This document shows, piece after piece, positions 53,172 to 62,396 of a DNA stretch of 64,000 nt. The stretch comes from a virus. The stretch lies in the IMG/VR virus record IMGVR_UViG_3300032241_000811, positions 32,001-96,000 of that record; one strand, given 5' to 3'. A model generated the notes under the pieces. That model was not told the DNA's origin and made no database searches. It was given only the letters and a program-made list of their open reading frames with translations. The position numbers and the translations under genes are program-made. Position 1 is the stretch's first letter, and every line of letters begins with the position of its first letter.

Positions 53172-54551
53172 TTAGTTTGGGAGTGTCTTTCCGAGAGTCT
53201 TGACGTAAGCAGCCATTGGGCCAGTCAACTCTTCAGAAATCATGCCTCTTCCATCAGAAACGGTTTCAGCAGAGTCAAGAACCTTTCCGCTCTTGACAGA
53301 TGTTGTGAAATAGTTTTCTCTCAAAACGCTGAGTTTCTGTGCATATTCATTGACGTTTGCGTATTCAATGCCTTCTGCAAGTGTCTTCAGCTTCTCAGTT
53401 TGTGTGTCTGTCAGACCTTCGCAAGCGTTGGCTAGAACTTCATTTGCAGTTGATTCACTTAGCATCTTGTTCAAAGCAACATTGTGGTCAATCTCTTCAT
53501 TCAACTTGTTCTTGAGTGAAAAGATTTCTTTGCCCATTTCTTCAACAACAGAGACCTTATCTTCTGGAATGTCAATGTAGTGTTCAGCGAACAAGCTACG
53601 TAGACCAGAGATGAAGTCCTCAGTCAATTCAGAGCGGAGACCAGCTTCAATTGCGATTTCATTTTCAGAAGCCCACTGCTCAACGACATAGTTGAGGTAG
53701 TCATCTACATTTGATGACAGGCTTTCTTCAATAGTGTTTACTTCTTCTTCAAGAGTAGCAGCATATGCTTCTTCAAGGACAACAACTTCTTCTGCAAGCT
53801 TTGCTTTTACAGCAGCTTCAAAAATGGTAGCAGCCTTGGCTTTGAAGTCCTCAGAGAGTTCTTCACCAGCAAACAGAGCATCCATGGCTTCTTGCATGTC
53901 TACTTCATAGCTTGCAGCAACATCTTCTTCGGTTACAAACTCAAAGTTTTCTTCAATAGCAGCTATGATCTGGTCATCGCTGTATCCTTCAACCATCATG
54001 CCTTCAATAAAGGCTTCGAGTTGTTCTTCCAACTCTTCCTCTTCTTCTTCCTTGCGCTTATGAGCCTTGGCTTCTTCGAGTTCTTCCTCTTCTTCCTTCT
54101 TGCGAGACTTGACCATCTTCATGGCTTCTTCGAGTTCTTCCTCTTCTTCCTTCTTGCGAGACTTGACCATCTTCATGGCTTCTTCAAGTTCTTCCTCTTC
54201 TTCCTTCTTGGCACGGCGCTTTGCTTCTTGAAGTCTTTCAGAATACTTCTTCATTGGCTCAGCGGGGCGAGCACCTTGCTTTGGCTTGCTCTTGTCTTCC
54301 TTGATTTCAGAAGAAGCAGCAGCACCGAAATTATCACCTTCACCAGGTGCCTTTGGGGCTACAGCTACAAGCTTGGCTCCATCCTTGGGCGCAGTCGCTC
54401 CTGGATTAGAGAATGGCTCTTCCTTATACTTTGAGCCTGGGCGCAAAGTAGCCAAGTTTGGATTTGTTTTCTTTGCATCGCGGTCTGGTGCAGAATCGTT
54501 TGATTCGTTCATCAGAACTGCCTTTGCAACTTCAGTAAGTGACTTACCCAT
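53172..54551 (-). CDS. 22: Prohead core scaffold protein (gp22)
   Basis: ELSEDFK.KA.TIFEAA, VDDYLNYVVEQW, EHYIDIPE; TATAAATA at 54577-54584. Confidence 0.93.
   Translation of the reverse strand: MGKSLTEVAKAVLMNESNDSAPDRDAKKTNPNLATLRPGSKYKEEPFSNPGATAPKDGAKLVAVAPKAPGEGDNFGAAASSEIKEDKSKPKQGARPAEPMKKYSERLQEAKRRAKKEEEEELEEAMKMVKSRKKEEEEELEEAMKMVKSRKKEEEEELEEAKAHKRKEEEEEELEEQLEAFIEGMMVEGYSDDQIIAAIEENFEFVTEEDVAASYEVDMQEAMDALFAGEELSEDFKAKAATIFEAAVKAKLAEEVVVLEEAYAATLEEEVNTIEESLSSNVDDYLNYVVEQWASENEIAIEAGLRSELTEDFISGLRSLFAEHYIDIPEDKVSVVEEMGKEIFSLKNKLNEEIDHNVALNKMLSESTANEVLANACEGLTDTQTEKLKTLAEGIEYANVNEYAQKLSVLRENYFTTSVKSGKVLDSAETVSDGRGMISEELTGPMAAYVKTLGKTLPN
54027..54210 (-). repeat. Tandem 54-nt coding repeats in gp22
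   Basis: KKEEEEELEEAMKMVKSR twice plus two variant units. Confidence 0.85.
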
Positions 54552-54588
54552 TGTTAGAATACTCCTTGTTTATTTTTATTTATATAAC

Positions 54589-55233
54589 CTAAAGTTTTGA
54601 GACGTAACTCTTGAAAATTCTGAGTGCAACATCTTCAATTTCTGATTGGCTAGCTTCTTTTAGCATCTGACGAGCGCGTTCCTGATGAACCGGTGTCCAA
54701 CCTTGGTTGGTCATGATCCATTCAGTGCCTTCCATAATACCATGCACAAATGCGTCAGGTGCAGAAGGATCAGCAACAATGTCTGCTGCTGTAGCCAAAT
54801 GAAAATCGTCTTGGACAAGTTGATAGCCATTCTGCGGCTTCAGAGACCCTACGCCTCTAGTGCTAACACCTAGGCTAGCACCACCATCCAACAAACTCTT
54901 TACAATCTTACCATTTGGAGTATCTAATATCTTGGCTTTACCGACGAAGTTGTTACCTTCGGGAGTCAAGTCTACAATCATATGCGACACACGGTCGAGA
55001 TTGATTGTGGGTGAATCTGGGTGTCCAAGTTCACCAAATGCTCTGTTCTTTTGAACATAATCTTTATTATAGCGTTCTACTTCTTTTTGTAGAACGTGTC
55101 TTGGGTATACACGGCCATTGCGGTTCTTCTTTTCGGCTTGAATGAAGATACCATGAATGAAATGTTCCTTCTTACCGTTTCTTTCCTCGGTAAGATACTT
55201 CACATCTAAAACTTCTTCTTTTATCAGCTTCAT
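54589..55233 (-). CDS. 21: Prohead protease (gp21)
   Basis: NRNGRVYP, GELGHP, GVSTRGVGS, DIVADPSAPDA. Confidence 0.96.
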   Translation of the reverse strand: MKLIKEEVLDVKYLTEERNGKKEHFIHGIFIQAEKKNRNGRVYPRHVLQKEVERYNKDYVQKNRAFGELGHPDSPTINLDRVSHMIVDLTPEGNNFVGKAKILDTPNGKIVKSLLDGGASLGVSTRGVGSLKPQNGYQLVQDDFHLATAADIVADPSAPDAFVHGIMEGTEWIMTNQGWTPVHQERARQMLKEASQSEIEDVALRIFKSYVSKL

Positions 55234-55252
55234 TTCTTCTATCTCTTTCTTA

Positions 55253-55570
55253 TTACTTTAGACCCATTGCGTGTCTTCTGCGAATGGAACGAGCCCTTTT
55301 CATTAGTATTCTTCTCATCTTTGATCTGCGTTTGATCTTGCCTCTGCGTTGCCCCATTTTACGATGGCGTCTTTCAGCAAAAGACATTCTCTTCAATCTA
55401 TTATGAACCAACTTGAAACCAGGAACATTAGAGACACGTTTACGTCTCTGCACTTTACCATTTCTAATACGGGCGCGAATGACCTTTATTCTTGGCCCTT
55501 TAGACTTGGTATAGGCTTCAGATATGATTTCATCAATCTGTTCCTCAGTTAGTTCGTCTAGCAATCCCAT
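55253..55570 (-). CDS. Basic prohead core protein (gp68-like position)
   Basis: Arg/Lys-rich protein immediately upstream of gp21. Confidence 0.6.
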   Translation of the reverse strand: MGLLDELTEEQIDEIISEAYTKSKGPRIKVIRARIRNGKVQRRKRVSNVPGFKLVHNRLKRMSFAERRHRKMGQRRGKIKRRSKMRRILMKRARSIRRRHAMGLK

Positions 55571-56322
55571 GCTCTGCGTGACCAATAGTTTGCTTTTGTC
55601 TTGTCAGTCAGATTACCCTGCCCAGAAGAACGCGCACAATATGAACGCTTTCTTGCTGGCTGATCTTTCTTGATGCTTAGTGTCTTGTCACCAAAGTTGA
55701 CCTTCTTGACATTACCAGTTGAAGAGTCCTTGACATAGACTTTTGACTTCTTGACATCACCCTTCATAGGTTTGTTCAAAGGAACTTCACGACCCTGATA
55801 CTTTGCTTCATTCATTGCGCATGGGCACTTGCCGCTCATGCACTCATTCATTTCCAGTTGCTCTTTGATTGAACGCTTTGCATCTTCACCATATGTTGCT
55901 GAGCCAAGACCTGCTTGTTCGTTACGTGCAGCCCAGATGTTGTCAACCATATTAGGATACTTGCGCCCAGCACGAGCAGCACGAGCCTTTGCTTTTGCTT
56001 TATCAGATGGAGAAAGCTTCTTGTGGTCTTTTACAGGATTTGGCTTGTCCCAGACTGGCTTATCTTCTTTAAGCTTTTCATGGTCCATTATACCTTCATC
56101 ATCTTCTGTGATGCCTGCACGAACTTTAGAAGCAGCAGTAGGATATCTCTTGTGCATCTGCTGTCGTTCGGTTTCTTCATTGACGAACATCTTTGCAGAC
56201 AAAGCTTTTTTCATTTCAACCAATTTCTTGGCTGCAATGTCAGCTATGTTCTGCTCAAACAACTTAGAAGCAGAATCGTAATTTTTTTCCAAAACACTCT
56301 TGATGAAAGTCTTGTTTGTCAT
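55558..56322 (-). CDS. Modular internal head protein
   Basis: gp67-like N-terminus, repeated [ILVM]-x-E sites, C-terminal KKVNFGD...RSYCAR...ANYWSRRAW module. Confidence 0.65.
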   Translation of the reverse strand: MTNKTFIKSVLEKNYDSASKLFEQNIADIAAKKLVEMKKALSAKMFVNEETERQQMHKRYPTAASKVRAGITEDDEGIMDHEKLKEDKPVWDKPNPVKDHKKLSPSDKAKAKARAARAGRKYPNMVDNIWAARNEQAGLGSATYGEDAKRSIKEQLEMNECMSGKCPCAMNEAKYQGREVPLNKPMKGDVKKSKVYVKDSSTGNVKKVNFGDKTLSIKKDQPARKRSYCARSSGQGNLTDKTKANYWSRRAWDC

Positions 56323-56325
56323 GGC

Positions 56326-56817
56326 TTAGGTTACTCTATTGAATGCATATGGATCAGCAGTTTGACCAGCATCATAGTCTCTTGAATCTTTTTTAAGTTC
56401 AAGGAATATTGTTGCAAAGTCGCCATTTGACATGCTTGATGTAGTGATAAGAATAGTTCCGTCTGTATTTGCTTCATTATTCCACATTACAGCGCCATCG
56501 CCCATGCTTTGAAAATCGTAGTCAAAAGAACCGGCGCCTGCTGTGAAGATTTCAGTGTTGCTATCTCCATCCCACTGTAACTTGAGCGCACCATTACCTG
56601 TAATATTACCAAAGGCGCGCTTGACTGCTGTTCTATAAACGCTTTTTGGATGAGTATTGGTTTTCATGATATATCCATTTGCGTTCAGTGCATAAGCAAG
56701 TGTAGACACATTGACAAGCACTTCGTTTGTGTTTTGTGAACCACTGCCTAGAATAACATATTTGAGCAATGCTCTCTTATTGCTATCAACTAATCTTTGT
56801 TCTTTTATCGTTGCCAT
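56326..56817 (-). CDS. Conserved hypothetical virion-cluster protein
   Basis: ORF within the head operon. Confidence 0.65.
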   Translation of the reverse strand: MATIKEQRLVDSNKRALLKYVILGSGSQNTNEVLVNVSTLAYALNANGYIMKTNTHPKSVYRTAVKRAFGNITGNGALKLQWDGDSNTEIFTAGAGSFDYDFQSMGDGAVMWNNEANTDGTILITTSSMSNGDFATIFLELKKDSRDYDAGQTADPYAFNRVT

Positions 56818-56821
56818 CTTT

Positions 56822-58828
56822 TTAATACCTTACTGCAAAATTTAGTATCTTGTTGAAAGAAGAGGCACTTTCATTAAGCATTGTTTCCATCTTCTTTTTG
56901 TTTGTCTTGTTCATGGATTCGTGAACTGTAACAAGTTTTCTAGCTACTGTGTTATTTATTTTAATCTGCTGTTCACCGAATTGAACTGTGCTTTCATTCA
57001 GATTATTATAGACAATATTCTTGATTGTCTTATAGACATTTTCTTGAACCGGAAACATAGCCTGGGATGCTTTCAGATTTACTTGTCGTTCGCGTTCTGC
57101 TCTTGCAGCATCCGTACGCGCATCTGTTGGACCAACATATTGTGGTTGTGCGCGCCCTGCTGCTGTAAATTGATAGTCTTGTCTTTCTGTTCCTGGAACA
57201 CTTGAGCCTGTGCTTGAGCCTGATTGACCTCCACCAGATCCTCCGCCGCCCAATGCTGTATCCAAAGCTTTATACTTTGCATAGTTTTTCAAGAAGTTCT
57301 TTGCTCTTGCAAGGTTACTCAATTTTTGCCCGGCTGCAACTTCCGCTTCTGGATTCGCCGGACTTCTAACATTAAGGATATCGCTCTCTGCGGCGGCTTT
57401 CCCGGCATCTGATGCTGCTTTTTCTGTTCCTGTAACGGCAGCGTTTTCTGCATCAGTTGCAACAGACAAAGCTTTTTCACCGCCTGCGGCTGCTGCCTCT
57501 TCTGGAGCCGCCGCGGTACCTGCACCTAAAACTTCAGGCGCTGCCGCAGCCAATGCCGCAGCGCCGGCTGCGGTAAGAGCCGCGCCCGCTGGCGATGACA
57601 TAAATGGATGTTGTTGTTTTGCTTGTGCATCATATGCCCTTTGTTTTGCCAACTCTTGTGCATATGATGTTTTTTGGCCAAGCACTTTATTTACAGCATA
57701 GTTTCCCCCTGCTGCAATATAATCTCCGCCCATATAGTTGGCAAGATTTCTCACACCGGCATCAACAGTGTCTAACACACCTTCATCAATCTGGTTCTCT
57801 GAAATACCTACACCATGAAACTCTGGTGTTACAGAAGGGGATGGAGCAGGTGTGGTAGGACCAGCTTTAGGTTTCATTACTGGTTTTCTAGGAACTGTCG
57901 GACCCGTCAGCCCCAGCTTTGCTTTTTGTCTGTTTGCATATGAGCCTGGTAACTTTTCAACAGCAGCGGCAAGAGCAGAAGAAACTGGTCCCATGCCTGC
58001 CTTTTGACGGTATTGTGATACTCTTTGTGCAAACGATCCAGCAACATCTGATACACCTCTTTTGATTTGCTTTTGTGTATCAGAACCCATTGACTTTGAA
58101 ACGCCTGCACCAACTTTACCTAGTGCCTTGGAGAGTGGCGATCTTCTCGCGGAAGCATCATCACCCTTTTCCATACTCTTTGCGAGAAGCCTTGCATAGA
58201 CTTGCTTTTTTCTTTCATTGGAAGCTTCTGGAGCAGAGAATAGCCCGCCTGTTCTGGGCTTATTCATTCGTGACTTGTTCTTTTGTGTATAATAATAATC
58301 ATCATCATTCATATCTTTCTTAGCTTCGTGCAGAGAATGTGTTGATGTCTGAATGCCAGTAAATGGAATGGTCACATACTTGTCAAGTGCTTGTGAGTAA
58401 TACAGCACAACTTTTTGATTATCAGGGAACACACGAATCGCCTTTCTCTTCAGAATAATAACAGAAGGAATGTTCTTATCCTTTGGCATAGCCTTGTCTG
58501 CACGAGGATCAGCCTTGGATAAAAAGTCTGGAGTAGTTTCTTCCTTCAATCCAGATACTTTTTCTTTAGTTACTGACTGTCTGATCTTCTGATAAATCTG
58601 TGGTGAATCCAATACCTCAGACATCAAAGCATCCAATAGAGAGATTAGCATACGCTTGTCTTGAGGTGTCATACTATCAACACCCTTTTCCAATGCTCGT
58701 TTCAGAGCAGGAAGTTTCTTTGCATCAAACAGACCAGCACGAACCAGGGTGGTAAGTTTACTTTCTTCCTTATCCCCTTTGTGTGTGATAGAGTCGTATT
58801 CTTCTCTAATCTGTTTGATGTTGCGCAT
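56822..58828 (-). CDS. Large internal head protein with Ala/Gly-rich central region
   Basis: MRNIKQIREE N-terminus, P.V.ILKRKAIR.FP...V.LYY...LDKY module, many x-x-E sites. Confidence 0.65.
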   Translation of the reverse strand: MRNIKQIREEYDSITHKGDKEESKLTTLVRAGLFDAKKLPALKRALEKGVDSMTPQDKRMLISLLDALMSEVLDSPQIYQKIRQSVTKEKVSGLKEETTPDFLSKADPRADKAMPKDKNIPSVIILKRKAIRVFPDNQKVVLYYSQALDKYVTIPFTGIQTSTHSLHEAKKDMNDDDYYYTQKNKSRMNKPRTGGLFSAPEASNERKKQVYARLLAKSMEKGDDASARRSPLSKALGKVGAGVSKSMGSDTQKQIKRGVSDVAGSFAQRVSQYRQKAGMGPVSSALAAAVEKLPGSYANRQKAKLGLTGPTVPRKPVMKPKAGPTTPAPSPSVTPEFHGVGISENQIDEGVLDTVDAGVRNLANYMGGDYIAAGGNYAVNKVLGQKTSYAQELAKQRAYDAQAKQQHPFMSSPAGAALTAAGAAALAAAAPEVLGAGTAAAPEEAAAAGGEKALSVATDAENAAVTGTEKAASDAGKAAAESDILNVRSPANPEAEVAAGQKLSNLARAKNFLKNYAKYKALDTALGGGGSGGGQSGSSTGSSVPGTERQDYQFTAAGRAQPQYVGPTDARTDAARAERERQVNLKASQAMFPVQENVYKTIKNIVYNNLNESTVQFGEQQIKINNTVARKLVTVHESMNKTNKKKMETMLNESASSFNKILNFAVRY

Positions 58829-58834
58829 GATATA

Positions 58835-58999
58835 TTACTTGTTTGTCTTTTGTGCAAAGTAGCTTTGAGCGACCTGAATCTTGCGTTCTTCAAGATTTAC
58901 CACTGCCTTTTCTGTCAAAGCAGAAGAAAGGTTCTTGCGCATTTCATCAAGGTTGCCCTCAAGAATGTTATTCAATGCTTTCTTGATAGTTGTTGTCAT
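58835..58999 (-). CDS. Prohead core protein (gp67-like), below the ORF-track cutoff
   Basis: MTTTIKKALNNILEGNLDEMRKNLSSALTEKAVVNLEERKIQVAQSYF; GGAG RBS. Confidence 0.7.
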   Translation of the reverse strand: MTTTIKKALNNILEGNLDEMRKNLSSALTEKAVVNLEERKIQVAQSYFAQKTNK

Positions 59000-59029
59000 C
59001 TTTGTTTACTCCAAATGGTATTGTATTTA

Positions 59030-59977
59030 TTATACATCTTCAATTAGCACGCCGCGAATCAATGCGACTGTCAAGCCTTGATCTCTACCCAAAACAGAAC
59101 TGTCAACCATATCAGGACCGGACAGTATTTCCACTTTGGCGCCTCTTGGCAATAGAGTTTCCATGCTGTTGTTTACCTTGTTTGTAGTCAAGCCTGAAAC
59201 ATAGATTGCCTGTTGTCCCTTTTGAACTTCAAGCTGCAATATAGTTTTGGGTGCTTGTGGGTCTTGTGAAACCTCATTATAGACATCAAGCAGATTATGA
59301 TAATCCAATGTTGTTGAAGCATAACCTCTGAACTGGTAAACACTACCAGCTTTTAGCTTTGTTGCATCATATCTATCTGATAGACCTACATACGTGGGAT
59401 AATCAAATGGTGCTGATGTACCTTGAAATGCAGCATCAAGAGTATCAACAATGGCACCAATCTGTTGTGCATCATCAGGTGTCTGTGTAGCATCAATACC
59501 CTTATAAAGGAAGGAGTTGACTGGACCAAAAGATGTGTTGACAAAATTCTGTATGGCACTCAACTCATCGCTGCTGAATAGCCCGTTATTATAGTATTGT
59601 GACAATGCATTATGGATTTGATCAGCTTCCTGAGCCTGCTGCATTGTCATTGCAGAATCAATCTTCTGTTGCTTGTTTACAACCTTACTGGCCTTATTGA
59701 TTTGAACAGCAGCTTTTTTGTTTATCTCTGGGTCTTTGTCAGGCTTTGCCATCAGATTGGCAGAAGCATTAGCCACTTCTTGTTTACCCTTGTAAGGAAC
59801 AAGCTTGTTGTTTTGAACGGTATAAGTAACTTTTCCAGTAGAATCTGAATATCGCCCAAATCCAACATAAGTCAGATTGAGTTTCTTTGCTTCTTTAGCA
59901 GCCTCAGACGAAGGTTCAGTCTGTGCTGATGCAGCAAGGGATTCGTTGAGATAATCTTTGTATTTCTTTATAGCCAT
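59030..59977 (-). CDS. ADP-ribosyltransferase-fold (Alt/VIP2-like) putative virion-packaged protein
   Basis: F.PVN.FL, GYASTT, ILQLEV.KG..AIY, ETLLPRG; MAIKKYKDYLNE capsid-targeting-like start. Confidence 0.7.
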   Translation of the reverse strand: MAIKKYKDYLNESLAASAQTEPSSEAAKEAKKLNLTYVGFGRYSDSTGKVTYTVQNNKLVPYKGKQEVANASANLMAKPDKDPEINKKAAVQINKASKVVNKQQKIDSAMTMQQAQEADQIHNALSQYYNNGLFSSDELSAIQNFVNTSFGPVNSFLYKGIDATQTPDDAQQIGAIVDTLDAAFQGTSAPFDYPTYVGLSDRYDATKLKAGSVYQFRGYASTTLDYHNLLDVYNEVSQDPQAPKTILQLEVQKGQQAIYVSGLTTNKVNNSMETLLPRGAKVEILSGPDMVDSSVLGRDQGLTVALIRGVLIEDV

Positions 59978-59979
59978 TA

Positions 59980-61683
59980 TTATACCAACTCCAATGAATC
60001 ATTTATAAATCTCATGTTGGAACTGTCAAACAAAGGATCTTCATTCATCTTGTTGCTGCCATCTTTTATGTTAGGTGGAGCGCCCTGTTGTGCTGATGCT
60101 TGTTCTTCTCCAGGTGTAGGAGGAACTTGATTGACAGGCATTTGTGGATCAGCTTGTTCTATAGGATTGCCATTGGCATCTGTCTGTATTGGATTGCCAT
60201 TCTCATCTGTCGGCTGGCTCTGTGCAGCCTCCATAGTCATCTCTTCTTGTAGTTTTTCAATTTCTTCATCGTCAAGCTGTAGAATATTGTGGCGAACCCA
60301 AGCCATTGAATAGTAACGACCAACATAAGGATCAACCATCTGCAAAACGGACATACGGTTTAAAAGTAATTCTGATTCTTTCAGTTCGGTAAAGTTGTTG
60401 TCTTTCTTGAAGTCATAATAGATGTCTTCCTTGAAAGCTTTCCATTCTTCTTCTGTACAGACTTTCTTGAGGACAAGCTGGACACGCATCACATCATCAA
60501 AGAGTGTTGAGAACTTGTTTCTCAGACGATTGACAAACTTAGAAAACTTCAGTTCGTCTCTGGTGATTTCTGTGCTGCGCCCTAATGAGAAGCCTTGCTG
60601 TGGTTCAAGTCTTGAGACTGGAACACTCAAAGCCTTATACAGCTTCTTTTCAAAATACTTTACATCTTCCAACTCACCCAGGTTCATACCGCCAGGCAGA
60701 GTTGTGATTTCAGTACCTTTACCACCTTCACGGCGAGGCAACCAGAAATCTTCAAGCATGGACAAATGCTTTCTGTCATCCTTGATTTCACCTGTGTTGC
60801 TGTCATATACAAGCTTGTTACGATACTTGACCATCACATCTCGCAGGTATTGTTCAGCTTTGATTGTTGGCATGTTACCAACGTCAATATAGAATACACG
60901 GCGTTCTGGTGCGCGAGACAGTCTGTAGATAACTGTAGCATCTTCAACCATACGTAACTGGTTGAGCGGCTTGATAGCCTTGTGCAGATATGAGAGAACC
61001 ATTGCTCTCTTGGAGTCCATCAGACCTGAGTTGACATTTACAACAGCGTCAATAGCAATCTTGGTGCCCAACTGAGAGTGAGCGCCAATCATACCTCTTT
61101 CATTGTAGAGGTAGTATTCTTTCATTGCTTTGATGATTTCCATACCGCTGTTTGGATCTTTTGCCTTTTGCACTTCGCGGATTTTGCGAATACGGCGCGG
61201 GTCAATATATCTGAGTTCTTGAATGCCTTTGTTAGGAGACTTTTCATCTATAACGACATGATAGAATAATCTTCCATCAACATACCATCTGCGAAAGAGT
61301 TCATGCCCCATGTTGCCAAAGTCCAATAGCTTTAGGACAACATCAAATTCATCTCTGATTCTTTTCTTGATTGCGTCTGGCTGATTGAGTTCATCCGTGA
61401 CGATCTTGACGCCTTGTTCTTCATCGTCATTGACAATAGCTTCATTTACGATTTCATCCACAGCAGTTTCAAGTTCGGGCTGCATGGACATTTCACGATA
61501 GCGAGTGATAAGTTCTATTTCGTTTCGGACAACGCCGTCTAAGTCTACATATGTGCCATAGTAGGCACCCGACTGTATGGTTACGGCACCATCATCGGTT
61601 GTCGGCAGTGCGAAAGATTTGTTCTTTTCGTCCTGTTCTAGATTTTTCTTGCGGTTTATCTCAAACCCGAAGATTTGGACCAT
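59980..61683 (-). CDS. 20: Portal protein (gp20)
   Basis: FRRWYVDGR, SYLHKAIKP.NQL, EDFWLPRREGG. Confidence 0.98.
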   Translation of the reverse strand: MVQIFGFEINRKKNLEQDEKNKSFALPTTDDGAVTIQSGAYYGTYVDLDGVVRNEIELITRYREMSMQPELETAVDEIVNEAIVNDDEEQGVKIVTDELNQPDAIKKRIRDEFDVVLKLLDFGNMGHELFRRWYVDGRLFYHVVIDEKSPNKGIQELRYIDPRRIRKIREVQKAKDPNSGMEIIKAMKEYYLYNERGMIGAHSQLGTKIAIDAVVNVNSGLMDSKRAMVLSYLHKAIKPLNQLRMVEDATVIYRLSRAPERRVFYIDVGNMPTIKAEQYLRDVMVKYRNKLVYDSNTGEIKDDRKHLSMLEDFWLPRREGGKGTEITTLPGGMNLGELEDVKYFEKKLYKALSVPVSRLEPQQGFSLGRSTEITRDELKFSKFVNRLRNKFSTLFDDVMRVQLVLKKVCTEEEWKAFKEDIYYDFKKDNNFTELKESELLLNRMSVLQMVDPYVGRYYSMAWVRHNILQLDDEEIEKLQEEMTMEAAQSQPTDENGNPIQTDANGNPIEQADPQMPVNQVPPTPGEEQASAQQGAPPNIKDGSNKMNEDPLFDSSNMRFINDSLELV

Positions 61684-61702
61684 TTACTCTCACTCCTATG
61701 AA

Positions 61703-61736
61703 ATGGAGTGGACATGGGTTGACATATCCACTCCAT
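61703..61736. other. Intergenic stem-loop between gp19 and gp20
   Basis: ATGGAGTGGA...TCCACTCCAT inverted repeat without a strong U-tract. Confidence 0.55.
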
Positions 61737-61755
61737 CAGAAAACATTACAATATA

Positions 61756-62346
61756 TTAGCTAGCAAAGTTGGCAATAGTGACAGAACTAGATGTAGAATC
61801 CGTAGTTGGGTCAATGTCAATAGACTCCCACCATTGATAGCCGAATGTTACAGCAAACTCTTCTATGGTATCGTTTGCAGCCCAATCAAGATCAATAGGT
61901 GATACGTCAATAGGGAAAAGACCAACAAACTTGTATGTCTTGATGACACTGCCATCTTTACCATACTGTGTAACATATGCGTCCTTCTGATAGTCTGTTG
62001 GGCTTGTAAGAGAACGCAAGTTGCCAACGTGTGAATTGAGTTTGCTCATCCACTTTTCAAAAGTATTACGTACCTGGAAGTTTTCATCATTGATAATAGA
62101 AACCGTCCAGTCAGCAAATGATCTATTACCAGAAAACTTCAGTTCGCGTCCAAAGTAGAACAGAGGAACGTGATTGACCATTGAACCAGGAAGTTGACCA
62201 GTGCGGCACATAAAGTTGAAAGTCACATCGGCGCCAGATGTTGCGCCGATGTTTGTTGTTAGACCTGGAATAGAGCAAGAGAAAAGATTGGGGCGTGCGC
62301 CGTCTCCCGTCATGCGTGATCTAAAGTCTGATACGTTGAATGCCAT
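61756..62346 (-). CDS. 19: Tail tube protein (gp19)
   Basis: GARPNLF, GR.LK..GNR.F.DW...INDENF; TATAAATA at 62374-62381. Confidence 0.95.
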   Translation of the reverse strand: MAFNVSDFRSRMTGDGARPNLFSCSIPGLTTNIGATSGADVTFNFMCRTGQLPGSMVNHVPLFYFGRELKFSGNRSFADWTVSIINDENFQVRNTFEKWMSKLNSHVGNLRSLTSPTDYQKDAYVTQYGKDGSVIKTYKFVGLFPIDVSPIDLDWAANDTIEEFAVTFGYQWWESIDIDPTTDSTSSSVTIANFAS

Positions 62347-62396
62347 TTTAGTATGAACTCCTTCTTATAATTCTATTTATATGCTTTTCTCAACCG

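Noticed and set aside
41858-56385. Long plus-strand ORFs such as 41858-42442, 45358-45861, 53892-54434 and 55829-56281
   Set aside because: Shadow frames antisense to well-supported genes, with no RBS or recognisable motifs.
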